Positions 36,609-50,630 of a stretch of 64,000 nucleotides of DNA are shown piece by piece. The stretch comes from Squalus acanthias (taxonomy: Eukaryota), in contig CM059431.1 in the NCBI GenBank assembly GCA_030390025.1, positions 121,336,001 to 121,400,000 of the forward strand. Reading direction: 5' to 3'. Under the pieces are notes generated by a model, which searched no databases, was not told the DNA's origin, and saw nothing but the letters and a program-made list of their open reading frames with translations. The translations under genes and the position numbers were made by a program. The number at the start of each line of letters is the position of its first letter. Position 1 is the stretch's first letter.

Positions 36609-38144
36609 GTGGTGCAGTTTCCTTTTTGGGCGCAATGGGGAAATTGCGACCAAAATGCGCTCAAAATTGTGCTGGTTAGGTTACGATTCATGTTTCTGAT
36701 AAAAATCATTTGCATAATCACAAATGATTATGCATGAACCAGTGTAAGAGACTGTAATCATTTTTACCCCTTTACATTAAAAAGTATTCATTGATGTATT
36801 TAAGAATGATATTCTTAATGGAATTCAATCCAGAGAAGTGTGAGGTAGTGCATTTCGGGAGGGCTAACATGGCAAGGGAATACACAATAAATGGTAGGAC
36901 ACTGAGAAGTGTAGAGGAACGGAGGGACCTTGGAGTGCATGTCCACAGATCCCCAAAGGTAGCAGGACAGGTAGATAAGGTGGTTAAGACGGCATACAGA
37001 ATATTTTCCTTTGTTAGCTGAGGCATAGAATATAAGAGCAGGGAGGTTACGCTAGAACTAGTTAAGCCACAGCTAGAGTACTGCATACAGTTCTGGTCAC
37101 CACATTACAGGAAAGATGTAATTGCACTGGAGAGGTTACGGAGATTTATGAGGATATCACAATGACTGGAGAATTTTAGCTATGAGGAAAGATTGGATAG
37201 GCTGGGGTTGTTTTCTTTGGAACAGAGGAGGCTGAGGGGAGACACCTATTTTGAGGTTTATAAAATTATGAGGGGCCTAGAGAAAGTAGATAGGAAGCAC
37301 CTATTTCCCTTAGCAGAGAGTCAATAAACAGGGGGTATAGATTAAATTAATTGGTAGGAGGATTAGAGGGGAGTTGAGGAGAACTTTTTTCACCCAGAGG
37401 GTGGTGGGGGTCTGGAACTCACTGCCTGAATGGGTGGTAGAGGCAGAGATCCTCAGCGCATTTAAAAAGTGCTTGGATATTCACTTGAAGTGCTGTAACC
37501 TACAAAGCTATGGACCAAGAGCTGGAAAGTGGGATTAGGTTGGACAGCTCTTTTTCGGCCGGCAAAGACATGATGGGCCGAATGGCCTCCTTCTGTGCCG
37601 TAAATTTCTATGATTTTATTTTTCTACGATTCTATGATAACCTGGTACCGATTCATTGATACAGCTGAAAGTGAGTTTATCACAAAAAATAAGCATTTTT
37701 AGTAAGAGTATCCAATCCCCCAATTGTGAGTAACCTGATTTAAAATCACTGAAAATGACTTAAAAAAACTATACTGAAACATTGACTACTTTCATTGGTG
37801 TACACTAGTCGGTTTCTTAGTAAATTAAATATTTTTTGATATGTAAAAAGTTTTAAAAGGTGCCTATTAGTGTCTGTGCGCCTAAGAAAATTTACAGAGC
37901 CTTCCCTAACCAGACCAATCGGAGGAAACTGGCAATGTCGACCCGGGGACGTGGTCAGTTTTGTAGGCGGGGCCTGATTCGGCTAAACTGATCTTGAACC
38001 AGCATAAAAGATCACAGCAACTCGAGCGTGAATAATTTTGGGTGTAATTTACGTTTAAAATTACCCAATCTTTTGCGCTGGTTCGGCCGATCCCGCCTTG
38101 ATTGTGCTGATTATTATTGGCATAAATAGTGGAAACTCTACCCC
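36609..38144. mobile_element. Harbinger-type MITE interrupted by CR1
   Basis: TIRs GTGGTGCAGTTTCC / GGAAACTCTACCCC; TSD ATT. Confidence 0.7.
36818..37637 (+). mobile_element. CR1/HER1 LINE 3' fragment
   Basis: MEFNPEKCEVVHFGRAN...; tail GGGCCGAATGGCCTCCTTCT...TTCTATGA. Confidence 0.9.
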
Positions 38145-39202
38145 ATTATATTCATTTTAATTTTTTCATTGAGCCAGGCAGACATATTGGTGTTGATTTA
38201 GTGATAGGCTGTTGAAATGACATGTATAGCGATATAAAGTAAAATAGCCCAAAGCATAGAAGCACACACTTAGCTATTTTTTTCCCAAAATTTCACTGTT
38301 TTGACACTGGTTTAATATGTTTGGGATAGGGATGAACAAACTTGTCAGTTTCACAGGTTTTGTTCTTAATGCAATTCTGATGTGAAGAACAGTGGGAGAC
38401 TCATGGGGTGTTCTTGACAGCTGTTAAGAGCAGATATAGAACAAAGAGAAGCTCTTCTGATCTTTTAAAGCGAAGGTAAGTCTAGAGGGAGTACTTTCAA
38501 TATTAAAGTACTCCATTATCCAGATATTGCAAAAAAAATCAAGGGAAAAACAATCTCGTAGCTGGAATAAGATAATCATTCTATTAATCTTTTGTTCTCA
38601 CTTCAGAGACCCACCATTCCTTCGGGTCTCCCCTCTCTGGCAGAGATGAGTCAGCAAGCGGCTTTACAAGTAATCCCATAGATTGACATTTGTACTGATC
38701 CTGGAAGGTTCAGAGCTAAACTGTGTACCTGGTTAATGCTAAATTGTCCTGCTTGGATGCTTCCTCAACTGCGTCCAGGATTGCCTTGGGTGCTGACTTG
38801 TGGGATTACAGAGGAGCTGCTCACTAATGAAAGCATTTGCTCCTACACTAACATCTTTGATTTATAAGTGCCGCGTGCCCTTTGGTACCTCATGTCAAGT
38901 GGCCATTCTTCATGTGTGAGTCTACGCAGCTTCAGGGGGCACAACAGCCAACCTGATCCGTTCTCATCCGACATCTACACTTGCTCACTTTCCAGCAGGG
39001 GTTCACTGGATAGCAATCAGGACCAGGAACCCCGACTACTTTTTCTTCATTTAACCAGATAGTGGCATTAAATCTGTTCCAGCTTTATTTGTAATTTATC
39101 TATCTCAATGAGACCTTAGCGTGCATAGGCCGAAGGGGAGTTCTCTGATGACATCACACCAGTATGTGTGCTCACTCCACATAGATTACCTGAAATGGAG
39201 AT

Positions 39203-39962
39203 GGGCTAGAAATTCCGTAGCGCCCCAACTTTTGAAAAGTAGAAAAAGTAGAAAAAGTAGCGCTAATGATTCTCTCCTGCCGGGAAATTCAGCTTTAGCG
39301 CTCCAAGAGGGAAGTGGAGCGCTAAATCAAGTGCTAACCACTTCTCTTAGGGCGCTAAAGTCCGAGAGCAGGGTGGTAGTGGCAGAGCGCTGAACAATTT
39401 GGAGCGCATTGCTAACGGCATCATAGGCTGCTTCCCTCACTTGAAGGGAAGGGCCAGTGATGGTGCACAGCCGACTTGTCGTCAGTTCTGTGTTGCAAGG
39501 CGACTGCGCGACTGCCATTACAGCCCCAAACACTCTCACAAAGTGGAGGGCTTGGACAACTTGCAGCAATGAAACGTCAAAAACTTTGAGAAGACACCAG
39601 ACTGGTGCAAAGAATAAAGGTTGGCCTACCTGAAAACCATTCCCTTTAATTAACGCTCCCCCAAGCAGCCAGCCGAGTTGACAACGCCTCCTCTTCCTGC
39701 CGTTGTTCACGCCCGGCGATACAGCAGGGGGCGGGAGGCAATTTCACATCTGGGGCGGTAATGAGGCGCTGCGCACTTTATGGCGTCACGATCTGCGAGA
39801 CACTAGAGGCCCAGGCGGTAAGAGTTAGCGCCAGCACTAAACCGGCACTGATGTTTGTGGATGTCGCTGCATTCGCCATGCCCGGTCGCTAACCCCTTAG
39901 TGCCCCGTTAGCACCAACCCCCAGGCGCTAACGGGAGGCGCTATCAACCGAATTTCTTAGAG
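39203..39962 (+). mobile_element. Harbinger MITE related to 59479-63664
   Basis: Starts GGGCTAGAAATTC; shares GGAGCGCTAAATCA and TTAGC...GGCGCTAAC subterminal blocks with both ends of the full element. Confidence 0.75.
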
Positions 39963-40130
39963 TGCTAGGCAGAGGAATGCCAGTCACTCACCTGGAATTC
40001 AACATAATGGCAGAGAAAATTGCTGCAGGATAAGAAATTTGATGGTGTGCTTGCTGGAACAATGTTTTGTCCCTCTCAGTGCAGATATTTACATTCTTTT
40101 AATTGGACAGATTAACATAAATCTTGTATA

Positions 40131-42355
40131 GGCTGCGAAATTGGGAGGTGTAGCGCCAGCCGTTAAGGCCAGTTTTGCTGAAAAAATGGCAGCCACCTCG
40201 TCTCTGCCCACATCCGGTGCAGAGCGCAGCGGCCGCCATTTTGGGCAGGTTGACAGTGCTGCCATTGCCTCGCACCCACATTTCCATGATGCAGATCATG
40301 ATGTCAATTGGTGTGCAATGACTGAATTGACACACGATCTGTGATTTTGGATATCGCCGCTTTTGATACCGCCCTGTCCAAACCACACATGGTAGAGCGT
40401 ACGTGCAGCAGTTCAACAGAGATGCTGCCAGCCCTTCTTAAAGGGACACACACATTTTTCAGGTAAGTTTAGATTTTTGCTTTTGGACTTTTTTTTAACA
40501 TTTTATTGGTGTAGCGGCTTGGTGCAATGCATTTAAAAAGTTGTTAAAGTGTGCAGGGAGTGCTGCTGGACGTTTGCAAGGCTTTGGCTGTTAAAGGAAG
40601 GCCTCTGAGAAGATCACTTGCTCCCAGTGCTAGGGGCTCTAGTTGCAGTCCCCCTTGGGCTGCAACATCACATGGAGATGACACAGAGGTAGCAAAGGGG
40701 ACAAGCTGCTCGCAGAGGGAGGAGGAAGCGGAAGAGAAGAAAGCAGAATGGGAGGAAACAGAAGAGGAGGAAACAGAAGAGGAGGAAGCAGAAGAGGAAA
40801 AAACAGAAGAGTAGGAAGCGGAAGGAGACAACCCAGACAGCCCCTTTCTGGCCAGGATAGCTGGGATTGAATCATCCACCTGCAGTACCAGTGAACACAA
40901 CCCCAATTCCCCTTTCAACATTTGTCCTACACCTTACCTTCCCTCTGTGACTGACCATAAGAGCACTCTCTTGGCCACAATGCTGAAATAAAGACCACCA
41001 CAAAGCAAACTTTCCAATCCAACTTTAACCATATATGCATGCAATATTACATCAAAAAATCAACTCATCACCCTTGTGCATTCCCTTACTGACTGTCCTA
41101 CTGATGTCACGCAGTGCTACCCCAGTGGCTGCAGCATGGCTGGTGGAAGGCTGCTGACTTTCGGTGGGGTATACTGCAGATGACCTTACAGGATGACCTC
41201 GAGGAGCTGATGGCTGGGTGTGTGAAATTGAGTGACTGTGTTTCTTCTTCTTCTTCTTCTTCTTCTTCTTCTTCTTCACTCTCCTCTCCCTCTTCTTGGC
41301 AACCACTGGATGGGCAGGCTGGATTTCTTGGGTGGCTGAAATGAGGAAGGCACAAGGGTAGGGTGGTGGTGAGGGGAGGGGGTAAAGCAAGAGGTGCACG
41401 CTTACACCATGTGCAGCTTGTAAATCAGAAGAGATTGTGGGATGAGGGGGAAGCGGGATGTGAGAAAGAGGATTATGTATGTGGATACCAGCATCTTGAA
41501 TTTTTTCAGCCCCACCACTGGCCAAGGGATCAGCTATGCCCCTGCCAAGAAAGGCCAGCACCGTCTCCTCCATGGGGGTGAGGTGATGTTCAGAATGTGA
41601 GGTGTGCCGCATGTTTGGTACAGATTGTTGATAGGTGAATGATGGGTGGGGTGGTCGTGCATTGAGCAGTGTGTGAGGCTAGTGGTGCAGTTGGTAGGAG
41701 TTAGCTTTTGAAGATGCAGTCTCTGACCTTGATCACTTGTCTGAGGTCATGAAACTTCTTTGGGCACTGGAGCCAGGTCCTGGGGGTGACACTGCTGGCA
41801 GTGATGGCCTTGGTGATCTGGTCCCATATCCTTCTTTCTGGAGGGTCTCCTGGCCCCCTGTGGGTAGAGGGCCTCTGTTCCAGTGTTGATCCCTGCACAA
41901 AGCTGGAGTGCTGCGCCCAATACCTTGCCCTGGCCTGTTGAGGCATTTGTGTCAGTGTTGAAGCACTTTTACCATTTTTTATGTGCAGAAGGCAGATCAG
42001 CTTTAAGAGTTGCAGACTGCGTGGTTCTGAAGGATTTATAGTTTTTTTTTGCAGAAGGCAGTTCAACTTTCAGAGCTGCATACTGTCTAGTGCAGAAGGA
42101 TTTTTATTTTTTGTTTTGCAGAAGGCAGTTCAGCTTTAAGAGCTAGAGACTGCCTTGAAAATCTAGCCTTGCTCCAGCGACACAAACTTGGCCCCCCTGT
42201 CAGCCGCGTGTTAGTCACTAGGTTGTGCGCTACAATCATGATAATTAGCAGGGAGCACCAAATTGACATGCTGTCTGCCCTTTCTGAACGGGCGTGGGCA
42301 TAATCTTGCATCGGGTGCACGTGCCCGTTTTCCAGTCTTATCGAATTTCACCCCC
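40131..42355. mobile_element. Internally deleted Harbinger (transposase remnant on +, Myb/SANT gene remnant on -)
   Basis: Ends GGCTGCGAAATT / AATTTCACCCCC; IWDQITKAITASSVTPRTWLQCPKKFHDL; colinear with 54268-57357. Confidence 0.82.
41243..41277. repeat. (TTC)n microsatellite in the Harbinger acidic tract
   Basis: Seen directly in the sequence. Confidence 0.9.
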
Positions 42356-43130
42356 AATATGCTTGCATTGAACATGATTTAATCTGCACTGGTGCAACTT
42401 GGTTTAGTTCAAGCTTGCAATTTCCTTTGCTAGTCATTCCTGCAAACTTGCCACATAACATAACTGCATCACCTCTCTCCAGGTTAATTCATAAAAGTAC
42501 AACAACCTGCTTGTCCTATAGCATCAGTTGGGCTACTACTGCTCTCTATTTATACCGATAATTTTTATATACGTTTCTTTCCACATTATTTTAATTTAAT
42601 TTAACTACATCTTTACCTAGCCTCATGCCATATCATGCTACACACCAACTTTCCATCTGAGAGGGCTAACAAGCACTGCTGACGTGTAACTGCACACACG
42701 GATGACACACACTCTCTCATCATGATTTACTCCATCACTGAAGGGAAAAAAATGGTCTCTGATCAGCTCCTCTTTCCGATGGTATTATTGAGAACAAAAC
42801 CTCAGGACATGGGAAATGACAGCCATTAGCTCATGAGCTCTTCAACATGCCCTGGGGCTAATCTAAATTATGATACAAGGCAACATTGCCTATTGTAAGA
42901 ACATGATTTCTGCTAACACATTCGTGAGAGGACAGTCCAGATACCTCACTTGCTGTTAAGTGTATGTAAGGGAGGGATTCAGTTCTGCTTTAATTCAGTT
43001 ATGTGCATTTCACTACCTTTAGTTTTGATCATGTAATTCATGGAAGAAGATAAACCAATATCAATCAACAAACAGAACATGTTTCTACAACTTTATTCTG
43101 ATATATGTGGTGGTACTCACTTGGCACAGT

Positions 43131-43288
43131 GGGGGTAATTGTCAATCTTGCCACCTACCCATTGTAGAACCAGCCCGATTTGTGGTCCTTTAAAATCAAT
43201 GGAACGGAAAGCAGACTGGTTCTATAAAAAAACCGGTGATCCACTGCACCAGCTTACTACCTAGGCAGCCAAGTTGAAAATGACTCCC
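43131..43288. mobile_element. 158-bp Harbinger-type mini-MITE
   Basis: TIRs GGGGGTAATTGTCAA / TTGAAAATGACTCCC; TSD AGT. Confidence 0.6.
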
Positions 43289-43385
43289 AGTATATTTTCA
43301 ACATCTCATTCACAGTAAATAATTGTGAAGCATCAGCCAAACAGTTCTGCAGTGCACTGGAGAAACTTGCTGAAGAGCAAACATG

Positions 43386-45693
43386 GGGGCCAATTTTAAC
43401 ACATGGTGCAAAAGGAGCGTCGGTGGGCGAAGTGCACCTGCCACCCGCCCGTTATTGCTGCCACGAGGCTTGATCCATTTTGAGGCATGGATCTGGAAAG
43501 CTGCACGCACAAAACCAACACCCCAATACAGCTTGGCGGTTGGGGAGGTTGGGATAGAGACTGGTTACTACATGGAACTGGCTGACAGTACAGTGCTGGA
43601 GGTGGATAGGCTATCCTGGGGAAGGGGGGGTGGGGGAATGAACACAGGCACAAGTATTTTTATGCTCCTCCTGGCACCACAACAATAAAAGGTGAAAATG
43701 GTTTTGTGCTGTTTTTAAGGACTGCTGGTAAGGCCGCTCAACATCCGTCCACTTGTACTTCAAAATTTCAAGTTTCAATCGGGGTTCTATGTATGTCATA
43801 GAACCCTGATTTGCATATTAAACGTGACCTCCTGTGTGAAACAAGCTGGCGCTCCAGCCACTCATCTAAACGCCCCTACCAGGATGGTGGTGGCCGGACC
43901 GCCAGTGTAAACAGGATAATAAGTCACCCAACGTCATTTCCACCCTGCTTACACAGGGCAGCCACAGTTTGGCCGAGATTTTGCTCACCTTGGCGGGTCC
44001 AGTCCGGCCGGTGTCGGTGGCAAGTCGTAGCCCCGCTGCTGGCTCCATCCCATTGCCTAAAATGAACTAACCTCAATGGGGCTAGTTAAGCCTGCCAAGC
44101 GCGTTTGCCGGCCCAATTAGATGGAGCGGGTCTGGTGAAGTCATTCATGACGTGTCTTGAGCCAGTTTCCTTAAAGGGGCCATGGCCACCTTACAGTTGA
44201 TGTTTGACCTGTCAGTGTTCTGCAGCATTGAAGTGCTGCAAACACTGACAATCACTGCACAGAGGCAGAGGGCAGCACCCAGGTTCTCCCATGACTCCCT
44301 CCATATGCTTATAGAGGAGTCAGAGCACACAGGGAGATCAAGAGAGCCTGGTTGCACATTGCACAGGAGGGCACAAGCAGGGATGTCATCATGAGGACCT
44401 GGGTGCAGTGGCGCAAACCTTTCAATGATCTCATTAGATCAGGAAAATGTGAGTACAAAACCACACTCACCTTCATCCTGCTGTGCTTCTCATCACATCC
44501 CCATCACTCTGTCTTCCCTAATCTACTCCTGCACATCCTTACTCACACCAACTTACCTTGCTCCTCCACCCATCCCTCTCTATCTACATTATCACTTCTC
44601 CATCTCACTAGCTACCCCCCACACTCACCCTCATCCTAGTGCAATCATACCAACTAACAACACACAAGGGTAGCCACTTGGCTGATTTATCCAATGTTCA
44701 TGTAAAGTTTCTGTTAATGTGGTGTCAAACACTGAAACCTTTATCAACACTTTGTGTTCTTGGACAGAATTGTATGCACCTTTGGAAGTGGTTTCGTGAG
44801 TTGCAGTGAATGGTGAGACATAACGGTACCCCCCGCAATGATGATGAGTTTGAAAGGAATGGCTTGGAGATTGTAGGGATGCTTTTTCGTGTTGGTGTGG
44901 GATGGTGCCAACCTGGTGCATCATGTGGCAGCCAGGGTGTACAGCATCAAGTGAAGTAAATCTGGCCATGGTGAGGCCATCTCTGGCCTCCTGGGCAGCA
45001 ATGTGCTCGGGTGCTGATGCCCTCTGACCTGGCAGCATCAGGTGATTGCGAAGAAGTTTGGTGGTGTTCTTGGTGCTGCTGATGTTGGGGCGGATAGTGG
45101 TCAGATTCTGAGGACCAAGGTGAAACAGTATAAAGGGCACCCATGCTGATGGAATAGATGGCAGGTGAAGTTGAAATGACAGAAGCAATCTGTCAGTGGT
45201 GAGAGCGGTTGTTCCAATAAGGTGACACAGGATGGAGAGTTTGCTCCAAACACTTGCAGCCTGCATAAAGCTCAATCTGTATTCCAAATGGAGTAAGCAA
45301 CAGCTTCTGCTCTTGCAAAGTGAAAGGCTGTGAGATGGGAGCTTTTACAGTACATTTCAAGCTGTCAACTAATCAGCTGATTCAATGGTCTTTCAACTCC
45401 CACCTCAGGTTAACAGACGTGATCCCCGAGCAGCGTGGACCTTGTGGGTGAGCAGTTAAAGTTAAAAGGTAAGGTTAAAACCAATATTAAGGGCTTGTCA
45501 ACAAGCCAATAATTGCTTTAATTGGGTTGCCCACCTCTGCGGGTTGGGTCCGATCCGAGATCACAGACGCGCCATTGATAAAGGCACATTGCGGTGGGAT
45601 GACCGCGGGTTCCTGACCCACTGTCAAAAAAATCTAATTTCCCACCTGACCCACCACCGATCCCACCCACTGACCCCCCGGAAAATTCCAGCC
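43386..45693. mobile_element. Decayed, possibly composite Harbinger (Myb remnant on +, transposase C-terminal remnant on -)
   Basis: AAPRFSHDSL...RTWVQWRKPFNDLIR followed by a GTGAGT donor at about 44450; AAQEARDGLTMARF on the minus strand; right end GGAAAATTCCAGCC. Left boundary uncertain. Confidence 0.65.
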
Positions 45694-45973
45694 AGCTCCC
45701 CAATCTTTATGGAGCTATGTACCTTTCACTTAAAGGTATATCAAGAGTCAATAAATTAAAGATTTAAAGTAAGTATTATCAATAATGATGACTGTAAACA
45801 AAAAAATCCTTGCTTGATGCTTTACGCCAGAGAACAATGTGTTACTGGGATTATTGGACTCAAAAGATGCATTGCTGTATATAGGTACATGATATTTCAT
45901 GACTTTTACCTTTATCAGTATATTCTGCTTTATTCCAATATGGCCAATAGTGACATAATGATTTATAATTAAT

Positions 45974-46710
45974 GGGCCAAAAATTCGGCACTTGCTGGGT
46001 GAGTACGCACTGTGTACTCACCCGTAAGGCCTCCTGAAGTGCCAGTTTCCTGCATGCACTGCGCATGCGTGGGAAACCGGAACTTCTGGTCTCGTGAAGG
46101 GAGCAGTTCAGAGGTGAACCGCGTGCGCGGGAGAGGCTGCGTGCACGCAGCGAACGCAGGTTTTTTTTCAGGTTTCTCCAGGAGGGTAAGTATTGAAGAG
46201 GCTGTGCTTTTAAAAAGGAGGCGCAAGACCCGTTTTCAACAAGGTAAGTGGTTAATTAATTACAATTTAAAAAAAATTTCAACAGGTTTATCTTTTTTAG
46301 ATACTTTAAAGAAAGGTAAGTTTATTTTTAGCACTGTTAAAAAGTATTTTAATTTTTTCAAAAATGTAAATTTTTGTTTAAAGTAGTTAATTTATTAATT
46401 TATAAAAAATTTATTTGAAGTTTAGGTGTTGTTTTGGGGCCGATTTCAATTCATAGATTTGACAGGCCTTCCTGTCAAATCTATGAATGAAAGATGGTCT
46501 GCTGCCATTGGCTCTCCATGGCCCACGTGATCCCAGGGGACGCATCGCACTAACTACGCCCCTGGGATACACAAGCACTGCGCGCCGGCAGCTGCAGGAG
46601 GCCCAGGAGCCGAAGTCCCCGTGGGCCCAGAGGTCAACGGCAGGCGCGGTAGGTAGGTGCGCGCGGGATCCTTGCACCCGCGGGAAGCCAGGGAGCCTAA
46701 TTTCTGTGCC
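45974..46710. mobile_element. Harbinger-type MITE, hairpin-rich family (copy 2)
   Basis: TIRs GGGCCAAAAATT / AATTTCTGTGCC; inverted homolog of 28145-28887. Confidence 0.82.
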
Positions 46711-48479
46711 TATATTATATCTCCATCTGGTTTCAATTGAAATAAAATTACAACACAAAAATACACATACAAGGATATTTTTGTTACGAGCAAATTACAG
46801 ATTTTTTTTTATTAGAAACACACAAATTTAGTGAAAGTGATGTGAATATTTAGCACTCAATTCCTAGTGAAAAAATTTCATTTAGTTGAGAAGGGATCAT
46901 TCTTTGAGGGGACAAATTATCATTTTTTTCCTGTGTGATGGTTTTGTGTTCTGACTGGACTGTTCTTATATTTGAGTAAAATATTATTTTCTATGGCGAC
47001 TGTGTCTCTTTCTACAGCTGTGGATAACACAGTGCAGCAAGGTTCGTTTTTTTCTTTTTGCTTTTGTAAATGGTTAAGTTTTCAAAAAAAACAGCTTAAA
47101 GGACTGAAATAAATGGTCCTCAGTAATTATATTGCACTTAACATGTTCTATGGATTTATCAAATGGAACTTGAAGCAAAAATTAAACAACACAAATACCA
47201 CTTTTGATTATGATGTTATATCATTTACAGGTACAGGTTTCAGATGTACCTCTGGAATGCAATATGCAGCCAGCACCTGAATCATGCCTGTTAGCAGGTT
47301 GCGTTTTAATGTGAACAGAGGGCTGACAACTCAGGGACTCTCCCCTCACCTTCAAAAGAGGTTATTTGAGTTTAGAAAGCTCCCCATTCAATGTACTGCT
47401 TGGAAACATTTTTACTTGGCTTGGCAAGGCTTGGTTTAATGAGATGGTCCAGTAAGTAGCTCAGCCAGATAGACCAGGAAGTTGGTTTGAACCTTGGCCT
47501 GTGCTCAGTTACATGACCTCAGCTGGGGCAGCAGTATGGATACTACAATTGGCTTCAGAGTCTCATGATTGGGGGAAATCACTCCTGCTTTCTTGACCAT
47601 GACCTGTACAGGACGTGCAGATATATAGTTAAGAGAAGACAGAACTGGGATCAATTGTAATGCTTCCTCAGCATTGAAAAGCTTGCCAACACTCACTATT
47701 AATCGTGGCCATTTCAGTGAGATATTGGAGAGTGATCAATGCCTGTGCAACCAGCAAGGAGTCAAATCCTTAAAAAGAGCAAGGAATGGGAGAAAGTAGA
47801 CAAGCAAAAATCTTGATTTGAAATTGGGCTGTCATTATACAGTAGCTGGTGTAAAGCCGAAGAAGGGTGAGCCTGCTTCCTGGAGGTAGCTGCTTTTGCC
47901 TTTAGTGCAGTTGTGAGTCAGATCACTGATATGATTCCTGAATATACTACTGGTTTTACATTTTTGTGCATCTAAAATTGCTTTACATCAATGCAAGATG
48001 AGTGGCACAATAGCACCATTAAACAATTTCTTGAATTAATGAAAACATTCCAGTAATAACTAGCTTGTCTGGGTTTGGACAGTTTTCTTTCCAAATATAT
48101 CTATGTGACAGGGACAATTCAGTCTTCCTGGTTGAAATGGCATCAAAACTATTGTCTTCCTGTGAGATTCCATGTATACCGACCGGAGTGGGGAGTTATG
48201 ATTCAGGGCATGATTATGATTTCAATATGCTTCCCATACATTTTCACATGTGCAGTGGGCTCTATGGTTGTCAGTCATCATTATATCTAGAGGGCAGCAG
48301 TTATTAACGAGCTGCCACTCCCACTACAAAGCAGCTGCTTTATATTGGTTGCAGATTTCTGTCAGCTCAGCAAGGGAATATGGACCGATCCGCTCACCCT
48401 TCCCCCTTTGATGAAGAAAGCTTGGATATTCTGCTGAAAGCGGTGCAGCAGAGGAGGTTAGCCATATTGAGGCTGAGGG

Positions 48480-49916
48480 TGTAAGGGGTTTCGGTTCAGG
48501 GTGCTTGTGCGGGGTTAGGCCTTCGTTGCCTAATACTATTGCTTGCTCTGGTCTCCGGCCAGCCTTGTTGCAATAAGCACCTGTGAGTGGTTCGACCCAC
48601 TCGCCCTTACGGTTCTAACACTGGACTTAGGTGCGAGAGCAGTAATGCAGAGAAAAACTCAAATAGACCCGGTTGAATAGTACGAAATGGAAATCTTTAT
48701 TGCATAACGTCCAAAATCATGAAGTACATGTCATAGGCACAAATTAATGACAGTACAAGTATAAATACATTCATAAAACTTGGTCTAGGGTAATGAGGAT
48801 CGCACGGCACATCGTAAAAAGGGGAACACATTATATTTATCCTTAATAAAACCACCCTCCCCTATTAATACCTACACTAATCTAGATTTGTAGGATCGAG
48901 GAAACATGCTCACCACTCGTGATACTTCGGAGAATTTTAAACGAGGCACTCGGCTTGTTTCGCTGCGACACCTGACTGTCACGTGTTGGAAGGGGTCTCT
49001 GTACCCCACTTGTTTATCTTCGCTGCTCCGGCAAGCAGGCTGGGCTCCCCGTTGTCATGAAGAACTCGACAGTGCTCGGACACGGTTGTAGAAGTCCAGA
49101 GAGACAATCAAAAGCTCACCAGTCAAGCGAGTCCATGAAGCGGCAAGCGAATAAGAGTTCAGCAGTCATCAGCCAGATAAGAGACATAAGCAAGAGTTCA
49201 GCCCGAGTCAAGAGTCGAATCAAGAGAATAAGCCCGAGTCAAGCGTTCGCAGAGATAAGAGTCGAATCCAGAGAATAAGCCCGAGTCAAGCGTCCGCAGA
49301 GATAAGAGTCGAATCCAGAGAATAAGCCCTTGATGGACATTTGTTCACTATAGTTATAGTGCTGTGTTCCCTTATCTCCCGCTCAAATCTTAATGTTTGT
49401 CCTTTGTGAAATGCTGGTGCACAAAACTCCCAGCATGGGGCGATTCTTTCCTTTAATGGGTTTCGGTAGCACCTTAAACTGGCCAACTATCCGTTAATGT
49501 TTTCCCCATTGTCGAACCGGCTAGGAGTCTCCCTGACTGGTTTTTGGGGCCTCCTCGAATACTGATATGTGTATTGCTGTGTCTGGATGGGCCTTCGATT
49601 GCCCAGTACAATGGTCCTTACTTGTGCATGGAAAACGATTCCAGCACTTATCTCTTGCTATTGTGTCGAATGCAGACAGGTTGCATCCTGTCTTTATCAG
49701 TGTTTGCTGCGTATTAACCAATCTTTACTGAAATGTTTATTCGAACGCCATTTTGTCTGCCCACTGTATTCTGGAAGCTTCTGCCACGATGCTCGGCGGC
49801 CATTTTACAGGCTTCTGTGTCCTTTTTAATCATGACAGCATTTCGTTGAAATAAAACTGATGAAACGAATCTGCTTTATCTCGTTATTTCGAATCGCGAT
49901 AATTGCAAATTTTACA
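48480..49916 (-). mobile_element. Solo LTR, 1437 bp (ERV/Gypsy-type)
   Basis: TGTAA...TTACA termini; 4-bp TSD AGGG; minus-strand AATAAA near 48696; CpG-rich. Confidence 0.85.
49210..49328. repeat. 47-bp tandem repeat (about 2.5 copies) inside the LTR
   Basis: Unit AAGAGTCGAATCCAGAGAATAAGCCCGAGTCAAGCGTTCGCAGAGAT. Confidence 0.85.
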
Positions 49917-50139
49917 AGGGGGAATTCTCCCTTGGAAATAAGCATCTCAGGGGGTAGCTTATTGAGTCAATACTATCTCCTATGTCCATAAGACATAGGA
50001 ATGAATGAAGAAAAAGTACTTTGGCCTGAGGAAGAGTGCCAAGTTAAATCTGGTCACAGTTTGCCAAATCAAATAAAGTTTCTGACCATAGATTGCGTGT
50101 CACAAGCACTGTGCTCCAAACATATTACAACATAGTTAC

Positions 50140-50630
50140 TGTTGTGGGATTTCTCTCTGCCCGAAAGCAGACGGAGACGAGCGTGTACTGGTTCCAAGCG
50201 ATCTTTATTCAAGCATGTGCAGGAAGAGGCCCTCTCAGTCTGAGCTGAGACGGGAGTCTAATTTTTACATTCGAGCAGTTGGCTTATGTACAATCTTACA
50301 TCTTGTTTCCTTCACATCTTCGGGACTTGGCCAATTAATTGTCCAAGTCACGTACACTTAATCACATCTCCACAAAACTCATCTTGTTTATCTCATTTGC
50401 CCTGTTTCCACATCTGCCATTGTTCTATCCAATTTACGTACGCTTAACCTCATCTTCGCAAATCACATCTTGGCGGTCCATTGTTCAATGTATGGCCTCC
50501 TTGCCTTCTTTTACTTCCCCAATCATCATGTAATATGCTTTTTCCAGCTGTCTTTGTTCTGCCAGCCTTCTCCTTTATTACGTCAGCCAGCTAGTCAGTT
50601 AAGCCACTAATCTAACTTTTAACCCCTTCA
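50140..50630 (-). mobile_element. Solo LTR, 491 bp
   Basis: TG...CA termini; perfect 5-bp TSD GTTAC; minus-strand AATAAA near 50204. Confidence 0.82.

Larger units (their letters stand above)
48380..50040 (+). pseudogene. Ancient Harbinger Myb/SANT exon remnant split by a solo LTR
   Basis: MDRSAHPSPFDEESLDILLKAVQQRR (48380-48479) continues after 49920 with W..VA..VN..S...KKK and several stops. Confidence 0.5.

Noticed and set aside
40551..41355. Acidic or poly-K ORFs as host proteins
   Set aside because: They are low-complexity tracts of decayed Harbinger genes.
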